Shown here: positions 22,546 through 35,469 of the stretch, one piece after another | Layout of the letters: each line of letters opens with the position of its first letter | Numbering within the stretch: the first letter of the stretch is position 1 | Assembly: GCF_006345805.1 (NCBI RefSeq) | Contig: NC_042998.1 | Span: 174,902,001-174,966,000, forward strand | Direction of reading: 5' to 3' | DNA: 64,000 bases | Source of the DNA: Octopus sinensis | Taxonomy: Eukaryota | Notes under the pieces: generated by a model | Seen by the model: the letters and a program-made list of their open reading frames with translations, nothing else | What the model was told of the DNA's origin: nothing | The model's database searches: none | Made by a program: the position numbers and the translations under genes

Positions 22546-23679
22546 GAATGGGTACCCAGCTGTAGAAACCAAGCTAATATAACAATATGGCACATATGAA
22601 CATCAGTTTATGAGAGAAGTGGCTCCCAATAAGAACAGATTCAGCTGTTGATGACTCAGCCAAAATTTGTCAGGAAATTTTGTCGGGTGATGATGACTGT
22701 GACGACAATGTACAAACTTCATTTACAAAGATTTAGCCTAAAATCACTTGATTGCAAAGTAACCTTCTTAATCACATAATCGTACCTGTGACTATACACG
22801 TATATATACAAACATGTGTGAGTGTGTGTGTATGTGTGAGTACATTTGTGTTTGTTTACATGTGTCTATATATATATATTTAAATATGCATATATATATA
22901 TATATATATATATCATTCACTTGTTCATTTCGATCCAAGCTTGTATGCATGGATGGAAAATGATTTGATTTTTAAGTCAGATTTTACAGTTGGCTGCTCC
23001 TTTTGTCACCAACTTGCACCAGTTTTTCAAGCGAAGGATTGTGGTAGTGCAAATTTCTTCATAAGCACGTGATTAATGAAGCAAACTTCTTAGCTCCATA
23101 GCTATATATACACGTGCATATGTGTACACACACACACACATATATATCTATGTATGTATGTATATATATGTATGTAGTATAGATATATATATATAATATA
23201 TATATGCATACATAGATACATAATATACACATGCATACATACACACACACACACACACAAATACATACACACACACACACATATGTGTGTGTATGTACCA
23301 ATAGTGATATTTGCCATAGTATGTAGTTGCCAAAAGTTATCCTAACATTTGGCAAGTTAATCTAATATGACATAACTAGAGATATCGTACTACAATTCCC
23401 ATATTGTACACCTCATTATGAAGGAAAGCTGTCCACTACCACTACATTGTTGATCTGTTAAGTAATCAGTCATTTAGAACAGAGAGATAAATGCATAATT
23501 GTCTGTTGGGAGAATATGTGTAGTCAGATGGGATGCAGACTGCACACGTGGTAGGTGTATATGTAGAAATAATACATCATCATCATCATCCTTGTCATTA
23601 TCATCATCATCATTACTTATCATCACTATCATCCCCCTATCATCATCTTCAGCATCATCGTCAATGCCATCATCATTAT

Positions 23680-24110
23680 CATCATCATCTTTATTTAACA
23701 TCTGTTTTCCACACTGACTTGGGTTGGATGATTTGACCAAAGCTGCTAAGACCCAGAGGCTGCACCAAGCTCCATTGTTTGTTCTGACATATTTTCTATG
23801 GCTGGATGCCCTTCCTAATGCTACCCACTCCACAGAGTGTACAGGGTGCTTTTTACGTGGCACCAGCACCAGTATCAATCCTTTTGTAGTAGACAGGTCT
23901 TCTTGAGTACAACAGTGAGTCAAATATCTGTCCTTTGTCATCTTCATAAGGCTCAGTTTCTTGAGATCAGACTTCCATACTTCATCCCATGTCTTCCTGG
24001 GTTTCCCTCTTCCACAAGTTCCATCCATTTCAAATGGTCAGCACTTCTGTATGCAGCTGTCTGAATCCAAATGTATTTCATAGCCAAACCAGTGCAGTCT
24101 TCTCTCTTGC
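23680..24110 (-). mobile_element. RTE 3' end (ORF tail plus UTR), decayed
   Basis: MDGTCGRGKPRKTWDEV...MTKDR matches the C-terminus of 56558-57592. Confidence 0.85.
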
Positions 24111-24689
24111 ATGCTGCATCTAATTCCCCTTATGCCCAACTTTTCCCCTCAATATACCATCATCAAAACCATTATAAAAACCAATATCTTAAGTATTATC
24201 AATCATCAGAACTCCATCATCATTATGAATTATGAAAACCCTAGAGAAAAATATTGGCAGTTTTTGTCTGAAGAGGCAGCCTGGCTTACCAATCAACCAA
24301 CACTTTGTGATTCCTTTAATCATATCTCAGAGGAGTTTGTAATGTCATGAAACTATGAAGTACAGAGATTCCAGGAACACCAAAACAGCAGAAGCTGGCA
24401 TTAAAATTTGCACAGGTAGAAAGTGGAGGCCTGCCAGAGAGTTGCAAGTAGTAGATGAATGATTGAGGCTGAAGGTTCTTGCTGGAATTGTAGCAATACT
24501 CACCAGCTCAATGATCATCTACCAGTCCCTACATTCACCTTTCAATCCTACTAAATATTCAGAACTGTTACCTACCTCTCATATCTACCATCTCCTGCTT
24601 CCCCAAACATTCATATAAACCTCCACCCATCTACCCACATTCCTAGTTCCACTGTCCAAACACATTTCTATTCACTTCACACCTTGCAG

Positions 24690-25022
24690 CTCCTACGGAT
24701 CATTCTCACTCTCTCTCCTAAAGGCAAGTAACTATGTAGCTCTTCTACAAGAACCTGTTTGTCTCTCCCCATCAACTCCTCACATAAATGCTTCTTCCTA
24801 ACCCACTTCACCCCACTCAGATTTTGTAGTTTTGTGAGCGGCATGGCAATCTCACTGGTACCAGTGGCATGAAGAAATGTACCCAGAATACAATGTAAAG
24901 TGATTGGCATTAGGAAAAGCACCCAGTTATAGAAATCATGCCAAAGTAGACACTGGAGCCAGTAGATCCTATCAAACTTTTCAACCCATGCCAACATGGA
25001 TCATGGATGTTAAATGATGATT
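24690..25022 (+). mobile_element. RTE 3' end, decayed
   Basis: Degenerate GGCATTAGGAAAAGCACCCAG core and ...GGATGTTAAATGATGAT terminus. Confidence 0.7.
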
Positions 25023-25095
25023 ATATATATATACATACATACATGTATGTATATATATGTTTGCATGTACGTATGTACGTATTATATGTGTGCCC

Positions 25096-25485
25096 GTGAA
25101 ATCTTGTATCCATGCCGTAAGGCTTTATTTCCACACACGCCAGATTAATTTAATTCGTCCTTAGTTGAAAGACACCTATTGTTATGTCTGGTATTTGTGT
25201 AACATTCTCTGTTTTTTTTTCCATCCTTGTTTTCATATACATTTGCTGCTTTCTTCCAAGGAATCTAATACTCTTAGCTTAGGTTTTCCTTGGAACTGGC
25301 CAGATTGGAGCAATCTCTAGTATAACCAGCCGAAACTGCAAAGATAATCTTGAACTCGGCTGAGGAAAGAAAACTACAAATGACCCGTCCTTGTTTTCTT
25401 TGTATCATCTATCTGGATGTTTTGTTGTCTCCTTTTTTGTATCACCTAACTGTCTGGATGTTTTGAATTCTTGTCCCATTTTGTA
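25096..25485. repeat. Unclassified repeat of about 390 bp, copy 1
   Basis: Direct homolog at 26572-26965 (GTGAAATCTTGTATCCATGCCGTAAGG...CTTGTCCCATTTTGTAT). Confidence 0.85.
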
Positions 25486-25496
25486 TATATATATGA

Positions 25497-25846
25497 TGCC
25501 AGCGCCGCTCCGACTGGCTTCTGTGCCGGTGTCACATAAAAAGCACCATCCGAACGTTGCCAGCACCGCCTTGGCTGGCTTCCATGCCGCTGGCACGTTA
25601 AAAGCTCCAACTGATCGTGGCCGATGCCGGACCCCCCCTGGCACCTGTGCAGGTGGCACGTAAAAAGCACCCACTACACTCGCGGAGTGGTTGGCGTTAG
25701 GAAGGGCATCCAGCCGTAGAAACTCTGCCAGATCAGACTGGAGCCTGGAGCAGCCCCTGGCTTCCCAGACCCCGGTCGAACCGTCCAACCTATGCTAGCG
25801 CGGAAAACAGACGTTAAACGATGATGATGATGATGATGATGATGAT
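25497..25846 (+). mobile_element. RTE 3' tail copy
   Basis: CpG-rich young copy with (TA)n on both sides. Confidence 0.9.
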
Positions 25847-25914
25847 ATATATATATTTGTAAAAAAGAAGTTTGAAAACGCCACTATATTAGATAAATTT
25901 TTATTTTCTTATGA

Positions 25915-25959
25915 ATTTTACATGTTTCGGTTCTTGAAAAAACGAACCTTATCAAAAAT
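25915..25959 (-). ncRNA. Fossil type I hammerhead motif
   Basis: ATTT-TTGATAA-GGTTC...GAACC-GAAAC-AT-GTA-AAAT. Stems are intact, but the core differs from CTGATGA at two positions. Confidence 0.5.
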
Positions 25960-26571
25960 ATTATAAAAAGTGTTATAGAAAAGTTCATAATCGTTTCTTA
26001 CTGTTCTCAATAGAATCCATGTGGTGGTGTTTTGTCGGTAGTTGGTATAATTGTTATATTACAGTTGAGAGTAATGAAGAAATTCATTATTGTTTCTTGC
26101 TGGTATCAAAAGGAACCACTTTTTTGTTACCTTGTGTTCCAATGGTAGCAACAGTAGTGATTGTTGGTCATAGTAGTAGTAACTTGTGGCTGTCCTAGCA
26201 GTAGTCATATATATATTTAGTGGCATGCATACACTTTGGTCTCTTATATGTAAGTATATATTTATCTAAATCTTGTACGACTCTATTCTTTCTTTCTGTT
26301 AGCCTTTTCATGCTTATTCATTCAGATCCACTCCTCATTCTTTCATTTCCCCTCTCTCACATTTCCCTGCCTTCTCTTCTTGCTCATTTTCCCCCCTGTT
26401 TTCACTTCAGTGTGTCCCTGTCATTTTTTTCTCGCCCCTCCTTAATTTTTCTGTCCATCTGCCTCTACCCCTCTCTCTTCTCTCCCCACGTGACTGGTGT
26501 TCAGCCAAGCCTGATCTTTCTTTCTTGGTTTGACCATCATCCATGCAACATCTATATTCCTCCCTGTGCCT

Positions 26572-26965
26572 GTGAAATCTTGTATCCATGCCGTAAGGCT
26601 TTATTTCCGCACACGGCAGCTTAATTTAATGTGTCCTTAGTCGAAAGGCACCTGTTGTTATGTCCTGTTATTTGTATTTATGTAACATTCTCTGTTTTGT
26701 TTCTGTCCTTGTTTTCGTATACATTCGCTGCTTTCTTTCAAGAAATCTAATGCTCTTAGCTTAGTTTTCCTTGGGACTGGCCAGATTGGAGCAATCTCTA
26801 GTATAACCAGCTGAAATTGCAAAGATAATCTCAAACTCGACTGAGGAAAGAAAACTACGAATGACCCATCTTTGTTTTCTTTGTATTGTCTATCTGGATG
26901 TTTTGTTGTCCCTTTTTTGTTTCACCTAACTGTCTGGATGTTTTGCGTTCTTGTCCCATTTTGTA
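26572..26965. repeat. Unclassified repeat of about 390 bp, copy 2
   Basis: Direct homolog of 25096-25485. Confidence 0.85.
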
Positions 26966-28139
26966 TTTTATATATATATGGATGGATGGACGGACGGACG
27001 GACGGACAGACAGATAGATAGACAGACAGACAGATGGATAGATAGATAGATAGATATATCTATATATATTATACACACACATGCACGCATGTATACTCAC
27101 ATTACTTCCTCCTTCACTTCTCTCTCTCATTTTCTCTCCTTCTCTACCTCTTTCTCTCTCTCTCTCACTCTCTCTGCACTACTTTCCACCTCTTTCCATT
27201 TATTCCCTCCCCCATTTTCCTTTCTCTCTTCACTCACTTTTATCTAAATATTTGTTGTGTCTTTTGTTTCTACTCTACTACCACCAACACCAACACCCCT
27301 ACAGCTATAATCACCACCACTACTATCATCACAACCATCGTCACTACCTTACCACAACCCAAGCTTCTATCACCATAGCCATCAATTCCACTACCACCGC
27401 CACTATCACCACCACCATTATCATTATCATCACTACCAATACCATTTTCACCACCACCACCATCACCACCACCTCCACTATAAAATTATTACTACCACCT
27501 CGACCTTGACTGTAACCCTCACCACCCCTCCCATCTTTACTATAATCATCACTACTACTACCACTCTCATCATTACTGCTACCACCACCTTCACTATAAC
27601 TGATACCTTTTCACCATCATCACTATTATCCCATACACCATAACTACTACCACAATAACTACCACAAATCTTTCTGGGTTTTTTTTTTTCATGTTTTTTT
27701 TTATAAAGTATTTGGAGTTCTTCCAGTGTTTATCTGACATCACCTAATGCTGCTAACAGCCAACTTTTCAAGGTTTGTTGCAAAGAAACAGAGGATGGCA
27801 AATGATAAGATCTCTACTTTTATCTCAGAAATATATCACATCATAAGCGGTGTGCTGTATCTTAGGAAAATGATAGAATGAAGACTGGGTTAAGTTGTAG
27901 GTATGTATGTCATTCATTAGCCATTTTATGTGGAAACCCTTGTTCAAAAGTTTCCAACCACTGTGCCATGAGACACAAGTGTGCTGTGTATGGTTGACAG
28001 GTAGGCTACGATGTTTTGAGGTGAGTCAGAAAAGTGTGAAGATATTTAAAAACTTAGGTGTTTTTAAATGCACCACACTGTTGCATGTGTAGGCTGTGAA
28101 ATTCAATACATTCACCCATCTCTATTTTAAAAAACTTTA

Positions 28140-28334
28140 CTCTTTTACTTGTTTCAGTCATTTGATTGTGGCCATGCTGGAGCACCACCTTTTTAGTCGA
28201 GCAAATCAACCCCAGGACTTATTCTTTGTAAGCCTAGTACTTGTTCTATTGGTCTCTTTTGCCGAACCGCTAAGTTACGGGGACGTAAACACACCAGCAT
28301 CGGTTGTCAAGTGATGTTGGGGGGACAAACACAG

Positions 28335-28401
<67 letters not shown>

Positions 28402-28570
28402 TATACGACAGGCTTCTTTCAGTTTCCGTCTACCAAATCCACTCACAAGGCATTGATCGGCCCGAATCTATAGTAGAAGACACTTGCCCAAGGTGCTATG
28501 CAGTGGGACTGAACCCAGAACCATGTGGTTGGTAAGCAAGCTACTTACCACACAGCCACTCCTACGCCTA
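28140..28570 (-). mobile_element. tRNA-derived SINE with internal microsatellite
   Basis: Head GTGGCTGTGTGGTAAGTAGCTTGCTTACCAACCACATGGTTCTGGGTTCAGTCCC and the family tail. Confidence 0.88.
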
Positions 28571-29235
28571 TTAATAATTTTTTTATATAAAAATTTTAGA
28601 AAACTGTAGGTGATGTATCATACTTTTGATGCCTTATTCAGTGTGTTATGGATCAAAAATCATAGAAAATTGCTACCCTCGTTGACTGGAAGGTTGTATG
28701 AGCTTGTATTTGTAGGTATGACAAGGAGCTTTTCTACCTACCATCACCATAACAACTGTCTCCCCCACAACCATCCCCACCATTTACCCAATAACCATTA
28801 CCACCACCACTACCACTTTTACACTAATCACTACCATTACTTGACCCTTCTGTGGAACCTCTTATGTCAATGGTGCGGCACCATAGACTTCTCTTTCATA
28901 TAATGTATTTAAGTATGTAAAGAAATTTAGCTAAGTAGAGCCCATGCCATTTCAAAGATGTGTCAATAGGTAGAATTGAACTGTGTACTTTAAGCTAACA
29001 AATCACTTGTTAAATTTAAGGCAGTGCTATAGCTTAAATTGTTCCTACCCTATAGTACACATACACAGCATGAAGAACTGAGCCGAGTGAAAAATTAACT
29101 GTCCTGTCCACAGACAAATCACAGCACTATTAACAAGATACAAGCCAGTAACCTCTTGACTAGTTATTCAATACCTTATCCACTTGATTGTATGACCTCT
29201 TCAGATTAATACAGAGCTTAAAAAATAAATTAATA

Positions 29236-29495
29236 AAAGTTGCTGATGCATGGAACAAACTGCCAGCATCAGTTGTTAGTTGTCAGAGCACTGCATCCTT
29301 CAAAACTTCCATGCTTCCTGAGATTCGCCAACACTACACCTGATTTTCTCCCCTCCATACACACGCAAGCATGTATCTGACTCATACACTGTTCACTTTC
29401 CAGACATTTGTACATTACCGCATATTCTTTATATGCACTTTTGACAAGTTGTGGTGCACCTGAGCACTGTATACAATAATTTCATTCTTATTATT
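29236..29495 (+). mobile_element. CR1-like LINE 3' end, copy 1
   Basis: AWNKLPASVV...SFK* then a UTR ending in an ATT-rich tail; close homolog at 31823-32065. Confidence 0.75.
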
Positions 29496-30252
29496 TTATA
29501 TAAATAGATAAATAAACATCAAAGTTTGTTGTAGTCTTGCAAATATACTCATGTCCAAATCAGGTCAGTTTACCTATTTTTGATGTTCAAATTGGGTCAG
29601 AATGGGGCAGAGAGTGAATAGATTAATTGACTACTAACATTAGTTTCAAAGTTTGGTACAAGGGCAGCAATTTTGGAGATGGGAATGAGTCAATCAAGTG
29701 ACCCCAGTGTTCAACTGGTACTCATTTTATCAACCCTGAAAGCATGAAAGGCAAAGTCAACCTTGGCAGATTTTGAACTCAGAACATAAAGATGGACGAA
29801 ATGCTGCTAAGCATTTTGCCCAGCATGCAAACAATTCTGCCAGTTGGGCATCTTTTTATCTTTAGGAGGGAAAGGTACTGCCCATGACCCTTTACAGAGC
29901 CTAGAAGCTGGTAGGAGATAAGGAGTACAGTATCCTCAAGCAGAAAACCTAGCCTGGATGATTGCAGTAGAGAGGACTCTGTTAAAGGTGGTGGTGTTTA
30001 AACCAGATAATGAAGTTTATCAGCCAAAGTAGTCCATCGCAGGATTATAAAGTAGAATGTAAAAGGCTGGAACAAATACAGCAAGATAATGAGATTAATT
30101 TAATTGACTGCACCCTTCTCTAACAAATTTGTGGGCTTGTGGCTATATTATATGTTATTATTGAAAATGGTGTTTGGGCAGAATCATTACAGCATTGAAA
30201 AAATGTCTCACAGCATTTTTTTTTTCCGGCTGTTTACTCTCTGAGTTCAAGT

Positions 30253-30510
30253 GGAGACACATGGCTTAGTGGTTAGGTTGTTGGACTCATGATCATAAGA
30301 TTGTGGTTTCAATTCCTGGACCAGGCAATGCATCATGTTCTTGAGCAAAACACTTCATTTCAAGTTGCTGCAGTACACTCAGCTGGCAAAAATGAGTAAT
30401 CCTGCAATGGATCAATGTCCTGTCCAGGTGGGGAATATATACGTCATGAAACTGGGAAACTGGCCCTTATGAGTCAGTATGACTTGAGAAGATAACTTTA
30501 CCTTTACCAT
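30253..30510 (+). mobile_element. tRNA-derived SINE (same head as 19371)
   Basis: TGGCTTAGTGGTTAGG...GGTTTCAATTCC...GTTCTTGAGCAAAACACTT. Confidence 0.7.
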
Positions 30511-31489
30511 TACTGAGTTCAAACTCCATTAGAATCAATTTTGCCTTTCATCCTTTGGAGGTTGATAAAATAAAATATCAGTCAATGAATGGAGATTGAT
30601 GTAATCAGCTAATTTGCTCTCTTCAGAATTTCAGGTTTTGTGCCTAAATTCGAAATAATTATAAGTGTAATTATCATCACCATTAGTAAGGGGGATTGCT
30701 GGCAAAATTTGTGAGCATTGTTCAAAAATACTTTACAGTATTTTGTTAAAACACTTTAGACTTTGAATTCCAATCTTGCCTTTCTCCCTTCTAGGTTCAA
30801 CAAAATAATATACAAGCCAAACATTGAAGGTGATCTTCCTAAAAAGCTGTGGATCATTAGACTGTCTTGTGGCCTTTTATGTTATGACCTTTTATGTTCT
30901 GAGTTCAAATCCTTCCTAGGTCAACTGTGCCTTTCTTCTTTCTGGGGTTGATTAAATACCAATAAATAAAATAGTAGGACTGATTTAACTGGCTGTTCCC
31001 TTCTTCTTTTGTATGCATGGAAGATGCATTATTGCTGATGGTTAGGTAGTGTATATGTCTCTACTATGGTTCTGGAGAAGATTTGGGTTTACAACATTCA
31101 TTTGTTGAAAAAACAGTTTCTTTTTCTTTGTCTCTTTTCATCAACAAAGGACTTTAGAAGATTTGAGTCTCCGCTTTGTTACTGTTGGGTGGAAAAACAA
31201 GGTTAGTCCTTGGATGGTTTTTACATTCTATATTTTTGTAAACATTGTTTGTTTGTAATTTAATATGGCTTCCTATGGAGGAAATGCTAACTGCTAACCA
31301 AAAATGTTGTAGCAGTGGATAAATTTCTTCCCAAGAATTTTATTTTTAAATTTTGAAAATTTTGTTGATGAAAACAGAGATTCAAAAGAAAAGAAGTCAA
31401 ACAGTAAAAAAATGGCAAAAATGCAGACAGTTGAGAACACTTCAATAAATACAACTTTCGTCAAAAGCTTTATCTCATATTCAAGAATT

Positions 31490-31820
31490 TAGTTTCTTCT
31501 TTGCCGAATGCTTCCTTTATGGTGATACTGTTGACGACTGTATAGACTAATTCTTGCATAGAAGAGTTGATGGCACTGACTGCATGGTAATGCTGGTAGA
31601 GGACGAGGTTGATTTTGTTGAGCCTTTTTCTCCTGTCATTTGATTTCTTCCTTTACTCTTCTGGTGGCTTCAAAGTTTTTGGTTCTGACTGTAATGGAAT
31701 ACCACCATTTGCTATCTCAAGCTTGTGTTTCAAACAATTTAGGCTCAAGTCCAGTGGCTTTCAGTGTTGTTTTGAGGTGGTCCTTCTAGCTTTGAAGAGG
31801 ACAACCCTAAGAGTTCGTTT
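31490..31820 (-). mobile_element. RTE/BovB-type C-terminal fragment with one C2H2-like finger
   Basis: Minus-strand frames give ...KATGLEPKLFETQA and LPALPCSQCHQLFYARISLYS. Confidence 0.65.
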
Positions 31821-31822
31821 CA

Positions 31823-32065
31823 GCATGGAACAAACTGCCGGCATCAGTTGGTTGTCGGAGCACTGCATCCTTCAAAACTTCCAGGCTTCCTGAGATTCGC
31901 CAACACTACACCTGATTTTCTCCCCTCCATACACATGCAAGCATGTATCTGACTCATATACTGTTCACTTTCCAGACATTTGTACATTACTGCATATGCT
32001 TTATACGCACTTTTGACAAGTTGTGGTGCATCTGAGCACTATTTACAATAATTCCATTATTATCA
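31823..32065 (+). mobile_element. CR1-like LINE 3' end, copy 2
   Basis: Homolog of 29236-29495. Confidence 0.75.
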
Positions 32066-32519
32066 ACCCTGTGGTTTTTCTCTGAAGTGAGCTCACTGAA
32101 TAAGATTTGGCATGGGAACCTTGACTCTTCCATTCTTGCTGCATGTCCTAACCATAAATAACATTGGTAACAAAAGCAATTTTGCTAATACCACACAACA
32201 AAGAGAAACACTGGACATAGGTAAGTTTTTTGTGTTGGATGGGAGAAATGTTTGAAAAATATGACACAAAACACAGTGCCTTCTTGATCAAGGAATTCAT
32301 TGAAGAAAGAACAAAAAGAAAGGTAACATATCTGTTTTCTATCTAAAACAGAGGGAATTTTCATATACCTTTAATGAAGTAGCTGGAATAAAACTTGACT
32401 GATCTATGGCACAATGTGTACTCCATCAACTAGGGAGGAGCATATGTAAGTGTGTACCTGGTCTTTAAAACTGAGGGTAAAGTGTAATGATAGGTGGGAC
32501 TGATACATCATGCATTTGC

Positions 32520-33130
32520 CCATAAGCTGGAGTCACACACAACATGGGGAGTTGTATCAAGGGTCATGGTCAATGACATTGTTACGAAAGCTGACCTTCA
32601 GCTGGCAATCAACTTTGCAACACACTACTAGGATGTCACTTATAGACTTGACTAGGATATTGAGTGAAAGATCGAGTTGTGTGCATATGGTGTGCACACA
32701 CATCATTCTTTCAGAACGTCAGTCATGCCATGCTGACATTACTGGGAAGGTCTTCCTGAGCACTGCATATTGCCAATCATCTTCATTCTTTGTCATCTCT
32801 TTCATGAAGCTCAACATCCTGAGATCAGCTTTCACTACCTCATCTCATATCTTCCTGGGTGTCCTTCCATCTATTATTAGTGACTGATATGTCTTTAAAG
32901 AGCTGCGTTCATCTATAAGTTTCTCATGCCCAAACCAATACAATCTTCTCTCTTATAACTTCATTTGATTCCTTTTATTCCTAGTTTTTTTCTCAACACA
33001 TTTTTCAACCTTTAGATTATGCACACTGACAATGCACATCCAGCAAAACATGCTTTCTCCATATTTAGGACCCACATCTCAAACGAAGTAGCATTGCAGT
33101 TCATACACAAGCATCATGCAGTCTGCTTTC
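32520..33130 (-). mobile_element. Decayed RTE 3' coding fragment
   Basis: HDACV*TAML and RKI*DEVVKADLRMLSFMKEMTK remnants match the RTE C-terminus. Confidence 0.7.
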
Positions 33131-33687
33131 ACTGAGAGAGAAATTATTGGTGCTAACAGATGTATTAAACCCCTGAACATTCTCCAGCTGGTTCTAATAA
33201 CATTTATACATAGTAATTTATATTTATATAGCTATGCCTTCATTTATTTATTTATTTGTGTGCTTTGTCAAATTTTTAAACACCATCATCATCATTTTCG
33301 TTATTTTACATCTGCTTTCCATGCTGGTATGAACTAGACAGCTCATCAGGTTCCCACAGGTTGTTTAGCCCCAGGTAAGCACTGATGAAACAGAACTATA
33401 TTCAAGGCTACACCATCTGTGATCAATTTGCCTTTTATCCAGAAATTGTGTATTTATAACTAACTTCATTATCTAATGCATCTTTATCTTTTTAAGATGT
33501 TAAGATGTTATATGAAGCAATTTGGCTACTAATTCTAGGTAGTTCAGTGACTATGCAGAAGCTTTTTCATGTCATAACACTGTTGTTAAGAGTACCATTT
33601 GCAGACATTTCTCCATTTCATGATTTACTTTCTGTTACTAGCAGAACCACTGCCTCTGTTGCTATAGCTGTTGTTATTGTTATTGTT

Positions 33688-33689
<2 letters not shown>

Positions 33690-33743
<54 letters not shown>

Positions 33744-33816
33744 TATTATTATTATTATTATTATCAGTATTATTATATTATTATTATTATTATCAGTATT
33801 ATTATTATTATATATC

Positions 33817-33880
<64 letters not shown>

Positions 33881-33983
33881 CAGTATTATTATTATTATTA
33901 TTATTATTATATTATTATTATATTATTATCAGTATTATTATATTATTATTATTAATATTATTATTATTATTATTATTATTAAC

Positions 33984-34023
<40 letters not shown>

Positions 34024-34037
34024 TATTATCAGTATTA

Positions 34038-34076
<39 letters not shown>

Positions 34077-34148
34077 CAGTATTATTATTATTATTTATTA
34101 TTATTATTTATTATTATTATCAGTATTATTATTATTATTATTATTATT
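33690..34148. repeat. Long (TAT)n microsatellite with recurrent ATCAGT interruptions
   Basis: Direct reading. Confidence 0.95.
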
Positions 34149-34831
34149 GCAATGAATAACAAAAATATTAATGACTCTTGGGTTTTTTTCGATGGTGCTA
34201 ACATTCACCAACTGGCTTCTAGTTTCTCTTCTTTACTCATTTCTCAAAATTACTTCCTTTATTTTTGCATTTTAATGTTGATGTTGTTTGTTGTTTTTGC
34301 CTATATTTACAGGAAGAAATTATTTCTTTCCTTCAGTGAAGCTGAACATTGAAATAAATACATAGGGGAAAAACTACCAAAATAGTCATTTTGCTTTTGA
34401 TAAAAATTGCCACTTAATCATTTTTTTTTTTTCCAGAGTATTAAGCTGTGAAATGGAGAGAAACTAATTTTTTAATTGTTGACTAATTTTACCAGGAAAA
34501 GAAAAAAAACCATTTCAGGCCTCAAAAAAAGCATAATTGTATTTGAGAACATTGCTGCTGCTGCTGCTCATGATGATGATGATGATGATGACTAAAAAAA
34601 TCAGCATAAAACAGTAGGAACAAGGCTGGGTCGTTGCACCATTTGATGTTAGAAGAGTGGCATTACATTTATGTGTAAGTGGCTGAGACTGAAATAGTTG
34701 AGAAGTTCACTTTTCAACCATGGGGTTTTGGGATTCAGTCCCACCACAAGGCACCTTGGAAAGGCATCTCATATTATAGTTCTGGGTCAACTAGAACCCC
34801 GCGAGACAGAAACTGAAATAATCCCATTATA

Positions 34832-34866
<35 letters not shown>

Positions 34867-34899
34867 ATGTATGTAAAGTTAATCCAAACAAGAAAACAC

Positions 34900-35065
34900 A
34901 AAAAAACACAACAATGCGAGGACGTGGAACAAATATAGTATTATTGGACGCTCAGGAAAGAAGGAAAGAAGGAGGGTTTAATGTTTCGAGGGGAGCTCTT
35001 CGTCGGAAACATAGGAGAAGGGAAGACAGAGGAAAAAAAATCGCCAACGGTACACACGAGGTCAT
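34900..35065 (-). mobile_element. Penelope-like pLTR fragment with minimal hammerhead (family copy 1)
   Basis: GTTT-CCGACGA-AGAGCTCCCCTC-GAAAC-ATT-AAAC at 34976-35010; flanks homologous to the 46.3 kb and 50.8 kb copies. Confidence 0.6.
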
Positions 35066-35469
35066 GAATGTATGTGTATATATTTTTTATTGGGGCACTC
35101 CGTTGGTTATGATGACGAGGGTTCCAGTTGATCTGATCAACAGAACAGCCTGCCCATGAAATAAATGTGCAAGTGGCTGAGCTCACCACAGACACATGTG
35201 CCCTTAATCTACTTCTCAGGGAGATTCAGCCTGACACAGACAAGTCTGGCTCTTTGAAATACAGTTACAACAGAAACAGGAAGAAAGATTGAGAGAAAGT
35301 TGTGGTGAAAGAATACAGCAGGGTTTGCCACCACCCTCTGCCAGAGTCTTATGGAGATTTAGATGTTTTCGTTCAATAAACACTCACAATGCCCGGTCTG
35401 GGAATTGAAACTGCAATCCTATGACTGTGAGTCTGTTGCCCTAACCACTGGGCTATTGCACCTCACAGT

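Noticed and set aside
33505-34155. 216-aa hydrophobic ORF resembling a membrane protein
   Set aside because: It is a translation of the (TAT)n microsatellite.
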